Shown: piece by piece, positions 19,856-29,218 of the stretch
Position numbering within the stretch: the stretch's first letter is position 1
How the letters are laid out: each line of letters opens with the position of its first letter
DNA from: Bacteroidia bacterium
GTDB lineage: Bacteria > Bacteroidota > Bacteroidia > Chitinophagales > BACL12
DNA: 64,000 nucleotides
Direction of reading: 5' to 3'
NCBI GenBank assembly: GCA_030432405.1
Contig: JAUIHG010000001.1
Coordinates: 5,908 to 69,907, forward strand
The notes under the pieces: model-generated
Database searches by the model: none
Told to the model about the DNA's origin: nothing
Seen by the model: only the letters and a program-made list of their open reading frames with translations
Made by a program: the position numbers and the translations under genes

Positions 19856-20467
19856 ATGGCCCGCTCCGCACAACACGGCTCACCCGTCCTGGACATGAAC
19901 CCCATGGTGGACCTGGCTTTTCTGCTGGTCACCTTCTTCATGCTCACCACCACCTTCCGGATGCCGGAACCGGTGGCCGTGGCCTTGCCGGCCTCAACGG
20001 CCGAAACCAAGCTGCCGGAGCGGGACGTGATCCAGGTGACCGTGGCTCCCGACGGGCGTGTGTTTCTGGACCTGGACGGCAAGCACGTGCGCGAGCGCCT
20101 GTTGATGCGCGTGGGCCGGTCCACGGGGGTGGCCTTTTCGGCTGGGCAGGCCGAAGCCTTCGCCCTGGCCGGAGGCCATGGCATGCCGCTGGACCAACTG
20201 GGTGCCTGGCTGGCGCTGCCTCCTGCGGAGCGCAAGGAGGTGCCCGCCCCCGGCATTCCGGTGGACAGCCTGCGCAACGAACTGGGCACCTGGATCGTGC
20301 AGGCCCGCGCCGAACACCCCGCCTACCGCGTGGCCATCCGCGCCGACGCCGATGTGCCCTACGCGCGCATCAAGGCCGTGACCGGCACCCTGCTCGAGCG
20401 CGGGGTGACCCGCTTCATCCTCATCACCGAAACCGAGCCGGCACCGGCAACCGGTACCGCATCGTGA
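19856..20467 (+). CDS. exbD: Biopolymer transport protein ExbD
   Basis: DMNPMVDLAFLLVTFFMLTT; IRADADVPY. Confidence 0.9.
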   Translation: MARSAQHGSPVLDMNPMVDLAFLLVTFFMLTTTFRMPEPVAVALPASTAETKLPERDVIQVTVAPDGRVFLDLDGKHVRERLLMRVGRSTGVAFSAGQAEAFALAGGHGMPLDQLGAWLALPPAERKEVPAPGIPVDSLRNELGTWIVQARAEHPAYRVAIRADADVPYARIKAVTGTLLERGVTRFILITETEPAPATGTAS

Positions 20468-21036
20468 AACGCGCGGTGGATGGCAACCGTTTCGCCCGTC
20501 CCGGGCGAACACCCCGGGAGGCCCGCGGGGAACAGCTTCCCGTGTCCATCGACATGAACCCGATGGTGGACCTGGCCTTTCTGCTGCTGACCTTTTTCAT
20601 GCTGGCCTCGTCGTTCAACCAGCCCCAGGCCATGGAGCTGGTCCTGCCGCCGCCGCCCGAACCAGACGAAGCCGTTATGGAACAACCGGTCAAGGAATCC
20701 AAAGCGCTGACCCTGGTGTTGGGTGAGGCCGACCGGCTGTATTGGTACCGCGGCATCACCGAACCCGAGGTGCAGGAAAGCACCTACGGTCCCGCAGGAC
20801 TTGAGCGCCTGCTGCGCGAACAACTGGCGGCCACTCCGGATCTGGTGGTGCTGGTCAAGCCACTCGATGCCTCGCGCTACGCCAACCTGGTGGATGTCCT
20901 GGACGACCTTGGGCGTGCCGCGGCACCCCGTTATGCGCTGACGGAAGCTGGGCCGGAGGATCGGCGCCTGATTGAAGCGCTCGCCCGTTCGGGCGAAAAC
21001 AAAAACGGAGAAATCAACAATCAAGCCGCGCCATGA
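20464..21036 (+). CDS. exbD: Second ExbD
   Basis: DMNPMVDLAFLLLTFFML; VKP..SRYANLVDVLD; GTGA overlap with upstream gene. Confidence 0.9.
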   Translation: MKRAVDGNRFARPGRTPREARGEQLPVSIDMNPMVDLAFLLLTFFMLASSFNQPQAMELVLPPPPEPDEAVMEQPVKESKALTLVLGEADRLYWYRGITEPEVQESTYGPAGLERLLREQLAATPDLVVLVKPLDASRYANLVDVLDDLGRAAAPRYALTEAGPEDRRLIEALARSGENKNGEINNQAAP

Positions 21037-21857
21037 ACCGCCCCGACACCACAACGGGCTGGCTGGCCACCGTTTATTCGGGGAGAAACCGCGCCTATGG
21101 CGGGTACGCGCTACGGCGCGCTGAGACCCGGTATACGCTGCGGGGGTTGGTGGCTGGTTTGGTGCTGGTGGGCCTGATCTTCGGTGTGCCTTTGGGCCTT
21201 TACCACTGGCAGCAGCGCATGGCCGCCCGCGTACCCGCGGAGCAGGTCCGCGTGGTGACCTACCACCAATTGGCCCCACCGCCGCCCATCGAACGGCGCG
21301 AACCTCCTCCCCCGCCACCGGAGAAGCCGGTACCCAAGGCCAAACTGCGCTATGCGCCACCGGTGGTCAAACCCGACGAGGAGGTGCCCGATGATGAATT
21401 GCCGCCCACGGTCGAAGAATTGGCCCTGCTGGATCCCGGTCCACAGGCCGAACCGGGCGACTCCGTAGTATGGATCGAGGAACCCGTTGCCGTTGTGGAA
21501 CCGGAACCTGCACCTAAACCGGAACCAGACGCACCGATGAAGCCCTTTGTGATTGCCGAGGTCATGCCCGAATTTCCGGGAGGCATCGACGGGCTCTATG
21601 CACACCTGGCCCGCGAAATCCGCTATCCGGTCGTAGCCATGGAAAACGGCATCCAGGGCAAGGTCTTTGTGCGCTTTGTGGTTCAGGTGGATGGGCGCGT
21701 AACGGACGCGGCCGTCCTGCGCGGCATTGGCGGAGGTTGCGATGAAGAAGCCTTGCGCGTCATCCGCGCCCTGCCACGCTGGACGCCCGGGCGTCAGAAC
21801 GACCGTCCGGTACCAGTGGAGTACACGCTGCCGGTGCGGTTTGTGCTCAAGAAATAA
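21033..21857 (+). CDS. tonB: Energy transducer TonB
   Basis: RNRAYGGYALR, TM helix, Pro-rich linker, MPEFPGG...YP..A...IQGKVFVRFVV C-domain. Confidence 0.92.
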   Translation: MNRPDTTTGWLATVYSGRNRAYGGYALRRAETRYTLRGLVAGLVLVGLIFGVPLGLYHWQQRMAARVPAEQVRVVTYHQLAPPPPIERREPPPPPPEKPVPKAKLRYAPPVVKPDEEVPDDELPPTVEELALLDPGPQAEPGDSVVWIEEPVAVVEPEPAPKPEPDAPMKPFVIAEVMPEFPGGIDGLYAHLAREIRYPVVAMENGIQGKVFVRFVVQVDGRVTDAAVLRGIGGGCDEEALRVIRALPRWTPGRQNDRPVPVEYTLPVRFVLKK

Positions 21858-21917
21858 TGCCGGTGCGCTGCAGCGACGAGACGGTCTCTTCGGTGGTGGT
21901 AAAGGACTTCAATTGCT

Positions 21918-22376
21918 TTACCCATTGTTTCCACCGTTCCTAAACGCCTTTCTGGTCATGACCAACGGGATACCGATCAAGACCAAAGCCACCAAGTTGA
22001 TCATGACGACATTGTGCAGGGCATTGTAGTAGATCGAAATGCCGCTATCTATGGCAAACCACGACAGCAGTCCCAACCACATGGCCCGGTATGCCCAGAA
22101 CTCCTTTTTCTCAAAGGCATGCTCGGAGAGCATAACCATAAGCGCATGAAACCCCACGATGGTGCCACCAATCACCCCGAAAAACCAATTCTTGAGTTCC
22201 AACAGCTTGCCTTCAAACTCCTCCCCGTTCAGAAATACCTCCCTGGTATAGCCATTGTGCACTTCAAAGAAGAATGAGTTACCGGCGAACACCCCAACAG
22301 TCCTACGCCGATGGTAAACCATTGGCCCAGTCAATCATCGTTGCCAGAAGTAGAAGTGTTTATCGCCTTCATTCAT
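21918..22376 (-). pseudogene. Degraded small membrane protein gene
   Basis: ATG 22376 gives MNEGDKHFYFWQR then TGA (22337-22335); the next segment reads as a TM helix (WAN..TIGVGLL) only with frameshifts; 3' part (FAGNS...) intact. Confidence 0.6.
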
Positions 22377-22438
22377 AACGCTTGGGCTAACCCTTGCTAT
22401 TAACAAGTCTAGGTATTGTTAGCAATCTATCATTCTTC

Positions 22439-22864
22439 TTATTGGATTAATCGCTGTAAATTGATATTCGTTTTTACAGCATTATCAAAGCATGCAGCTT
22501 CATAAAAACGATCATACTTTGGCGTAAACCTCATGAATACCGCCACCATTTTATCCGCCTCATAATTTTCTTTACTGATTAAATAGTTGAAAATATCATC
22601 TCCTATAGTTTCAGTAATCAAATAATACCTAGACACAGATGCTTTTTGAGTCTTTTTATTGAAATGCAGAAGCACCAATTCTTTGCCTATGAGTTCTTCG
22701 GCCTTTTTCGAGACTTTTAATTCATCTCGTTTCTTATATGTCAGCGGGATGTCATGAAAACAGTCGGATAAACTAGCTTCTCCTTGGAATAACTCTTCTT
22801 CAGATTGGGCGTGTGTAGTGCCTGCCAAGAGGGCAATGGCCAAAAGCAATAAAACATTCGTCAT
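22439..22864 (-). CDS. Hypothetical secreted protein (AT-rich)
   Basis: MTNVLLLLAIALLAGTTHA-Q signal peptide; alternative start 22900. Confidence 0.7.
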   Translation of the reverse strand: MTNVLLLLAIALLAGTTHAQSEEELFQGEASLSDCFHDIPLTYKKRDELKVSKKAEELIGKELVLLHFNKKTQKASVSRYYLITETIGDDIFNYLISKENYEADKMVAVFMRFTPKYDRFYEAACFDNAVKTNINLQRLIQ

Positions 22865-23008
22865 CTCATCAAAGATGCAGTTTATGAGCGTATGGTTCAT
22901 TATGGTTCTTGTATCACTTTCCTGTCCGTCTGAAACGAACGTTGTACAAGACTGTACACTTGGAGACTAGCACTTTACTCCCATAAACTAGATGCATTGC
23001 TAGCCCAA

Positions 23009-23926
23009 TTATTTTTTGTTCTTTTTCATTGATTGTTTTATCAGGCTCAAAATATATTCCATTTCTTCGTCAGTCCGCACTACAATTTCATAGTCCCCAT
23101 TTCCCCAATGTCCCACAGATGAAACATCTCTCGCTAACTCTTTAGGGTCATCAAGGTCACCCTGGTGTAAATTTAGCCACATTTTCAGAGCGTTCTTTTG
23201 AATGTGAATATCAACTACGTTCGATCCTGATACAAAAGCAATGTACTTTTTCTTGGGTTTTATTTCTAAATCGTCAAAGTTCAGTATAGCATTTTTATAA
23301 GTCTCATAAAGCTCTTTTATGCCTTCAGTTCCTTTTTCAAGATGTTCGTCCTCTGTGTAAACTTTAATTTCTTTAGTCACTTTTTCAATCGCTTCATCTT
23401 GTCGGCTGATTGTTTTTACACTTTCCTGAGCTCCTGAGGTCTTTATATGATTATAATTAATTGTCTGATTGTCGTATTTCCTTATTTCCCAAAGTTCAAT
23501 CGGCAGGTCTTTGAAATTGATTGCTTCTTTTTGATAAGTCGTGAATGAAGGCGAAATAAAAATCACTCTAGATTGCGACCAATCTACGTCATTTCTTTTT
23601 AATGTTTCTTTTGAGTTTTCGTTAAACTCAAGTATGAAGTCCGCTTTGTTATTGAGCATCAAGGAAAGGTAAGCGTATCCTTGGTCGATTACGCTAAAGT
23701 TTTTGTCTCGTTTGTATTCGATAATTACAAAAGTCCCTGCGTCTTTGTCGAACGCTAAAGTGTCGATACGAAATGTTTTCAGACTGAATTCCGACTTCAC
23801 TAAGTCAAGTCCGAAAATGGAATTCAGATTTTTCTCTGTCAGAGATTGAATGTCTTTTTCGAGCTTGAAAGGTTGTTCCTTAATGTTCTCAAGTCGCTCG
23901 TTATGTTCTATTTTAAAAAGAGCCAT
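23009..23926 (-). CDS. PD-(D/E)XK nuclease (NucS/DUF91-like) fused to DUF5655-like domain
   Basis: LEKDIQ...RIDTLAFD...IIEYKR...QG..Y; C-terminal KKYIAF...RDVSSVGHWGNGDYEI. Confidence 0.8.
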   Translation of the reverse strand: MALFKIEHNERLENIKEQPFKLEKDIQSLTEKNLNSIFGLDLVKSEFSLKTFRIDTLAFDKDAGTFVIIEYKRDKNFSVIDQGYAYLSLMLNNKADFILEFNENSKETLKRNDVDWSQSRVIFISPSFTTYQKEAINFKDLPIELWEIRKYDNQTINYNHIKTSGAQESVKTISRQDEAIEKVTKEIKVYTEDEHLEKGTEGIKELYETYKNAILNFDDLEIKPKKKYIAFVSGSNVVDIHIQKNALKMWLNLHQGDLDDPKELARDVSSVGHWGNGDYEIVVRTDEEMEYILSLIKQSMKKNKK

Positions 23927-24150
23927 TTAATTACTTCGTGTTGTTTTTCTAATGTGGTCCAACCTGTTGGCTAATTGCACCCAGTGGTGTTTAGTCAACT
24001 TGGGTTTGCAGTGGATTGTTTCGCTTTTTCAACCGGCGTCCTACGGATAGCACTCCTATCAGAATGGTCATAAAGTGGCGGTTCTTCGCATCGGACACTT
24101 AAAAATAGGCCCGCAATCGTGCAATGCATAAGGGGCCACTAGCGGTACTA

Positions 24151-24166
24151 TGGCACAAGGCTTGCA
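24151..24166 (+). promoter_or_regulatory. sigma54 (-24/-12) promoter
   Basis: TGGCAC-AAGGC-TTGCA, exact TGGCAC-N5-TTGC consensus, intergenic. Confidence 0.6.
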
Positions 24167-24176
24167 GCTGGACGCC

Positions 24177-24410
24177 GTGCGCGTACGGCATGCCTTTTGC
24201 CGTGAAAAGCAGGTGCTGCTTGTGAAAAATGGGCGCAAACAGCTCGTGGGCACTAAATGCGGGCGCGCAAAGCCCTCTACACACCACACTATAAGGGCTT
24301 TCCGCGTTCGCCGGGTAGGCGCATGTATGAGAAGGACGGGGAGGCGTACTGTAGTACGTGACCGGTTTGATGAGGAGCCGCGAATTCATTGGCCGCTTTC
24401 GCGGAGCGCC
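24177..24410 (+). ncRNA. Candidate structured small RNA
   Basis: Downstream of the sigma54 motif; hairpins at 24259-24311, 24345-24358 and 24378-24404; no convincing ORF. Confidence 0.35.
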
Positions 24411-24436
24411 AGCGGGCGCGCTAAGTCCTCCACCTG

Positions 24437-26776
24437 CTACTCGCCCAGCGTATACGTCACACGCAGGGTATAACTCCGCGGCGGATCAATGCGGGCGGGG
24501 CGGATGGCGTATTCGCGGTTCATCACGTTTTTGACGATGCCGGCCACGGTCCAGTGGTCGCCGATGTCCACGCCGGCGCGGAGGTCCCAGATCCAGTCGC
24601 CGCCTTCGCTGCGGGCAGCGCGCCATTCGGCTACGCCGGGCAGGAGCACCTCGAAAATCTGGTCGATGGACTCCATATAGGAGTAGTACTGCACGTTGGT
24701 GCCGAGCAGCAGGATGCCGAACTGGATGTCGCCTTCCGCCTTGAAGGTGTGGCGGTTGCGGTAGGTGAGCACGTTCTCGTCGCTGGAGGTCAGCTCGTTG
24801 ATGTCCTCCGTGAAATCCTGGTACTCGGGGTTAGCCCAGGTATAGCCGCCGCTCAGGTTGATCGGGTTGTCCCCGATGCTTCCCCGACCGGCCAGGCCAA
24901 GTTCCAGGCCGTAGATGCGGGTGTCGCCCACGTTGCGGCTTTGGAAGCCCGTGGACGCAACGGTGGGTTGGAAGAACACAAATTCCATCATGTCCTGGTA
25001 TTGCTGGTAGAAGCCCGCCACGTCCAGGAAGGCATCAAAGCTGCCGATCCGCAGGCCCTGCTTGATGCCGATTTCGGCGTTCCAGCCGGTTTCCGAAACC
25101 AGTCCCGGGTTGGGCAGAATGGCCGGATTCAACAAGCCAGGTTCGCCGCCGCCCAGCGCGGTTTGGATGAACTTCTCGGCGATGGTCGGAAAGCGGTAGC
25201 CTTCGCCCCAGGAGGCCCGGATGTAGGTAAACTCGGCCGCCTGATAGTTCGCGCCCGCGCGAAACACCACCTTCTGCTCCGGCTCGGTAAAGGAGATTTT
25301 GTTGGCTTCCAGCCGGGCGCCAAAAGACAGGTTGAGCTTGTCAAAAAAGCGCTTGTCCAGCTGCACGTAGCCCGCAAAGTTGGAGCCATCCAGCGGGTCG
25401 CCCACCTGCTCAAAACGGCCGTCCACACGCACCGAATCCGCGTACAGGTCCGCTTCCACAGTCACGTAACTGGCCACACCGCCGGTGGTAATGCTGAAAT
25501 CCAGGTCCTCCCAGCGGCGCTGGAACTGGTATTCCCCGTAGTAGAATTTGGAGAAGTTGCCCTGCTGATTGGTGTTGTCGTTGTCCACCTGGTTGTAGCG
25601 CACCTGCACCCGGTGCCGGTTGCCGGCCGGGTCAAAATAGGTCACGAAGGGGTCTATGGTCAGACGGAAGCCCTTGGTGACGGTAGGGCGACCGATGGTC
25701 TCCCAAAAGCGGTAAGAATCTGCGCCCAAGCCGTTCCAAAGGAAGAAGTTGCCGCTTTCGCCCACCTGGGTGTTGATGTTCACGCCCAGCGAAAGCCCGT
25801 CCACGCCCGGTACGCGGTAGCGCGTCAACAGGCTGATGCGGCCGCGGTTGTCAAACTCCCCTTCGCGGAAGCTGTTCTGCTTGAAGTAGTAACCGCCCGC
25901 CGTCAGGTCCAGGTTGCCGAACTTCTTGCGGTAGGCCAGGCTAAGGCCGGTTTCGTAGGGCGGCGCGACGGCGCTGTCGGCCCACCAGGCCTTGTTGCGG
26001 CCCAGGCTGTCCACCCCACCGGCCGGGTTGTTGAATACCGTGCCGAAGGTGCTGGCGCTGAAATAGCCCTTGGTCTTCGGCTCCGCCGAACGCAGGTTGA
26101 TGATGCCGTTGATGGCGCTGGAACCGTAGAGCGCCGACGCCGCGCCCTTGATGATTTCCACCTGGCCGATGTTCTCGATCGGCACGGCGCTCCAGTTGGG
26201 AAAGCCCGCGTCGGCCTGAAGGATGGGCATGTCGTTATAGAGCAGCAGCACCCGCGTGCCGGCCCCATAGCTGTAGCCCGCGCCAGCACGGATGTTGACC
26301 TGCCCGTCGATCACGTTCACGCCAGGCACCCGCTCGATGGCGTCGTCGATCTGCACGGCGTTGATCTGTTCGAGTTGCCGCGGCTGGATGACCTCCATGG
26401 AAACGGTTTCCTCCCCCAGCTTCTTTTCAAAGCGCGAGCCCGTCACCACCACCTGGTTCATCAGGCGCGATTCCTCGCGAATGCTGAAGTTGAGGATGCG
26501 CACTTCGCCGGCCTTGAGCTCCAGCACCTCTTCCACCTTTTCATAGCCCACGTAGGTCACACGGACGCTGGCCGTGCCCGGCTCCAGCTCCAGGCGGTAT
26601 TTGCCGTTCAGGTCCGTGGCTGCGCCCGTGCCCGAGTTGCTTTCCAGGATGTTGACGCCGATCAGCGTTTCGCCGGAGGCGGCATCCGTCACCGTACCGC
26701 TGATCACAGCGTTCTGGGCGTAAAGCGCATGCACGCTCATCGCCACGACAAAGAGGGTCGTGCGGAAAAAATTCAT
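24437..26776 (-). CDS. TonB-dependent receptor
   Basis: Signal peptide, CarboxypepD_reg-like N-domain (ISGTVTD..GETLIG), VVVTGSR, IEIIKG-type plug motif (VEIIKGAASALYGSSAINGIIN), barrel C-terminus. Confidence 0.95.
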   Translation of the reverse strand: MNFFRTTLFVVAMSVHALYAQNAVISGTVTDAASGETLIGVNILESNSGTGAATDLNGKYRLELEPGTASVRVTYVGYEKVEEVLELKAGEVRILNFSIREESRLMNQVVVTGSRFEKKLGEETVSMEVIQPRQLEQINAVQIDDAIERVPGVNVIDGQVNIRAGAGYSYGAGTRVLLLYNDMPILQADAGFPNWSAVPIENIGQVEIIKGAASALYGSSAINGIINLRSAEPKTKGYFSASTFGTVFNNPAGGVDSLGRNKAWWADSAVAPPYETGLSLAYRKKFGNLDLTAGGYYFKQNSFREGEFDNRGRISLLTRYRVPGVDGLSLGVNINTQVGESGNFFLWNGLGADSYRFWETIGRPTVTKGFRLTIDPFVTYFDPAGNRHRVQVRYNQVDNDNTNQQGNFSKFYYGEYQFQRRWEDLDFSITTGGVASYVTVEADLYADSVRVDGRFEQVGDPLDGSNFAGYVQLDKRFFDKLNLSFGARLEANKISFTEPEQKVVFRAGANYQAAEFTYIRASWGEGYRFPTIAEKFIQTALGGGEPGLLNPAILPNPGLVSETGWNAEIGIKQGLRIGSFDAFLDVAGFYQQYQDMMEFVFFQPTVASTGFQSRNVGDTRIYGLELGLAGRGSIGDNPINLSGGYTWANPEYQDFTEDINELTSSDENVLTYRNRHTFKAEGDIQFGILLLGTNVQYYSYMESIDQIFEVLLPGVAEWRAARSEGGDWIWDLRAGVDIGDHWTVAGIVKNVMNREYAIRPARIDPPRSYTLRVTYTLGE

Positions 26777-27087
26777 GGATGGCGGTTGAAAACCGGATGC
26801 CTCCGGTAGGGACTCGGGCCGCGGCGGTCCCGGTGTTTCCAAGTGGGCCGGGAGCCGCAGCGCTTGCGGGCGTGTGTTGGTGCGCTCCGCGCGAAGGCTC
26901 CACGGATGGAGATGGGGGTGAGAACAGGGGTGGCCGCCTATCTGCGGCCTGTAGTGCGTGTGGGCTAAGATCGGGCAAGCCGGACCGTTGCTCCAAGTCG
27001 GCTTGTCCCCCTTCCACAGGCTGTGCACAGCCGCTTGTGCATCAAGCGCTTAGACCCGCCTGGACGGGGGCCATTATCTTGCTGGTC

Positions 27088-29214
27088 ATGCGCGCTGTTT
27101 CCGGCTGCAGGCGCCTGCAGCGGCCCATCCATTTCCTGTTGTTCTGGGCCCTTTTGGGCCTTTCCGGCCCGCTGTGCAGGGCTGCGGACGCCGAAATGCC
27201 CGGGCACAGCAGCACGGCGGCGGTCGGGGAATGGCGCGCCTCCGGCGAAGGCCAGTGGCACTGGGGTCCACGCAGCCCGCGCAGCGGCTTCTCCGACCGT
27301 TGGGTGCGTTGGCGCCTGCCCCTCCCGGACTCGGGCTTTGCCGCCGGGCCGGGCACAGTGCTGCAAAGCCCCATCGGCCCCGGTGGACGGTCCACCGCCC
27401 AGCAAAGCCCACACGGGCCCGCCGAAGCCGTGCTGGAAATCGGCAACCCCTTTGTGCCGCACATGGCCCTTGCGCTGTACGACGGCAGTGGCCGGCGCAT
27501 CGACTCCCTGCAGCTGTTCGGCAGCGCCGTGGCATCACCCGTGCGGATGCCGCTGCGGACCCTGGGCGGCCCGCTCGAACGCCGCAGCCCCTCCCCGCTT
27601 TACGTGGTGGAACGGCCCGACCCGCTCTACCAATTGCCCATTGCCTGGAACACCGCAACCGGCGGTTGGGTGGACCTCTGGGTCCGCGGCGACGGCAGCA
27701 ACCGCGTATTTCCCGTCACCCTCTGGAGCCCCGAAAGGCTGGAACACCGCCAGGGCGAACGCCTTGGGGTCATGGCCGCTTTTCTGGCCGTTTTGCTGGC
27801 CGTGCTGGTCTTTGGCGGGCTTTTCTCCACCGTGGTCAGCACCGACTTCGGTTGGCCCTACCTGCTCTGGGTGGCCAGCGGCATGGCCTATCTGGTGGCC
27901 GTTTCCGGCCTGGGCTACGCCTACGCCTATCCCCTGCACTACCACTGGCACGTGCTCTTGCCGGTGCTGTTCGGCAACGCCACGGCCTGGTCCCTGCTGC
28001 TGGTGCTGCAGCGCCTCTACCGCACCCAGCCGCTCTACCCCATCCTCCACCGCGTCTTCGAGCTGACGCGGATTTTGCTGCTCGTTTTTGGCCTGGTCAG
28101 CTTCCTGTTGCCCTGGATGGGCACCGGGGCTACGCGAAGCGTCTATTTAGCCCAGGAGGCTTTGTGGCTGGAGGTTTCGGTGTTGGTGTTTATCGCGCCA
28201 TTGGCCTTCGCCGTACGGCGAAAACACCCGGAATCCCCGCTGCTCTTCCTGGCCCTGGGCCCGTTGGCCGTCGGCGTTGGCATGGAGACCCTGGAGAACA
28301 TGGGCCTGGTGCAATGGGCATTCCGCACGCAGGTGTTGCATTGGATTGGTACGGCCAGTGCGGTGCTGCTTACCGCGCCGATCCTGCTGTTCCGCATGCG
28401 GCGCAAAATCGAAGAGGGCTTCCAATGGGAGGGCGCGGCGCTCTTGCGGCGGCGGCTCGATGCGTTTGTGCTGTTTCAACGGGAGGCGCGTCTGCGCGAA
28501 AACCTGCAACAGGCCATCCAGGAACGGCTCGGGCCGCTGATCCGGGAGGTGGAGGAGGGCTTGGAGCGTTTGCAGGGCGGGGCGGGGGCTTCGCCTGCCG
28601 GCGAACCGCCTTTGCCGGCCGAAGGTGCTGGGTTGACGTCCACCGCTGCAGGGCCTTCACCCGGGGGGGCGGCTTTGCCCACCGCGGCGCTGGACCATGC
28701 CCGGGAGCGGCTGGCTTCGGCCAAGGCCGAACTGCGCGTGATTGCCGAAAACCGCCTGCCCACGGACTTGGTGCGCCAGGACCTGGCTCCGGCCTTGGAG
28801 GGCCTCGCCGAACCGCTGCGGGCCGATGGGGTGGTGGTGGACATCGACCTGACGGGCCTGCCCGGCCGCTGGGATCCCGATCCGATCACCCGCATGGCGC
28901 TCTTCCGCACGGCCCAGGGCCTGTTGAGCAATGTGCTGCAGCATGCCCGGGCCCGGCATTGCTGGCTGGAGCTTTCCGGCACCCACCGCGAGCTGGTGCT
29001 ACGGGTGCGCGACGACGGCATCGGGCTGCCTTCGGCCGGCTGGCCGGATGCATACCAAACGGATGGCAACCCGCCCGAACAACCGCTCATGCCCCGCGGC
29101 CGCGGCATGGACATTTTGCGCCAACGGGTTCAGGCCCTTGGCGGCAGCGTGCACTGGACCGGCGCGGCCGGACAGGGCACCGAATGCGTGGTGCACATTC
29201 CCCTTACCCTCTGA
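27088..29214 (+). CDS. 7TM-DISM sensor kinase-like protein: HATPase motifs present, phospho-His replaced by Gln
   Basis: DISMED2-like extracellular region, 7 TM, LQQAIQERLG (H-box equivalent), LSNVLQHA, VRDDGIG, GRGM, GQGT. Confidence 0.85.
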   Translation: MRAVSGCRRLQRPIHFLLFWALLGLSGPLCRAADAEMPGHSSTAAVGEWRASGEGQWHWGPRSPRSGFSDRWVRWRLPLPDSGFAAGPGTVLQSPIGPGGRSTAQQSPHGPAEAVLEIGNPFVPHMALALYDGSGRRIDSLQLFGSAVASPVRMPLRTLGGPLERRSPSPLYVVERPDPLYQLPIAWNTATGGWVDLWVRGDGSNRVFPVTLWSPERLEHRQGERLGVMAAFLAVLLAVLVFGGLFSTVVSTDFGWPYLLWVASGMAYLVAVSGLGYAYAYPLHYHWHVLLPVLFGNATAWSLLLVLQRLYRTQPLYPILHRVFELTRILLLVFGLVSFLLPWMGTGATRSVYLAQEALWLEVSVLVFIAPLAFAVRRKHPESPLLFLALGPLAVGVGMETLENMGLVQWAFRTQVLHWIGTASAVLLTAPILLFRMRRKIEEGFQWEGAALLRRRLDAFVLFQREARLRENLQQAIQERLGPLIREVEEGLERLQGGAGASPAGEPPLPAEGAGLTSTAAGPSPGGAALPTAALDHARERLASAKAELRVIAENRLPTDLVRQDLAPALEGLAEPLRADGVVVDIDLTGLPGRWDPDPITRMALFRTAQGLLSNVLQHARARHCWLELSGTHRELVLRVRDDGIGLPSAGWPDAYQTDGNPPEQPLMPRGRGMDILRQRVQALGGSVHWTGAAGQGTECVVHIPLTL

Positions 29215-29218
29215 TGGC

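Noticed and set aside
21860..24100. IS or prophage as the source of the AT-rich islet
   Set aside because: No transposase, integrase, terminal inverted repeats or flanking direct repeats seen.
24150..24473. 107-aa ORF in the intergenic region
   Set aside because: Starts inside the sigma54 motif, overlaps the receptor's 3' end, is Arg-rich and has no recognisable domain.
26777..27087. Possible cobalamin/TPP riboswitch ahead of the TonB receptor
   Set aside because: I could not find the conserved B12-box or TPP core motifs by eye; an Rfam scan would be needed.
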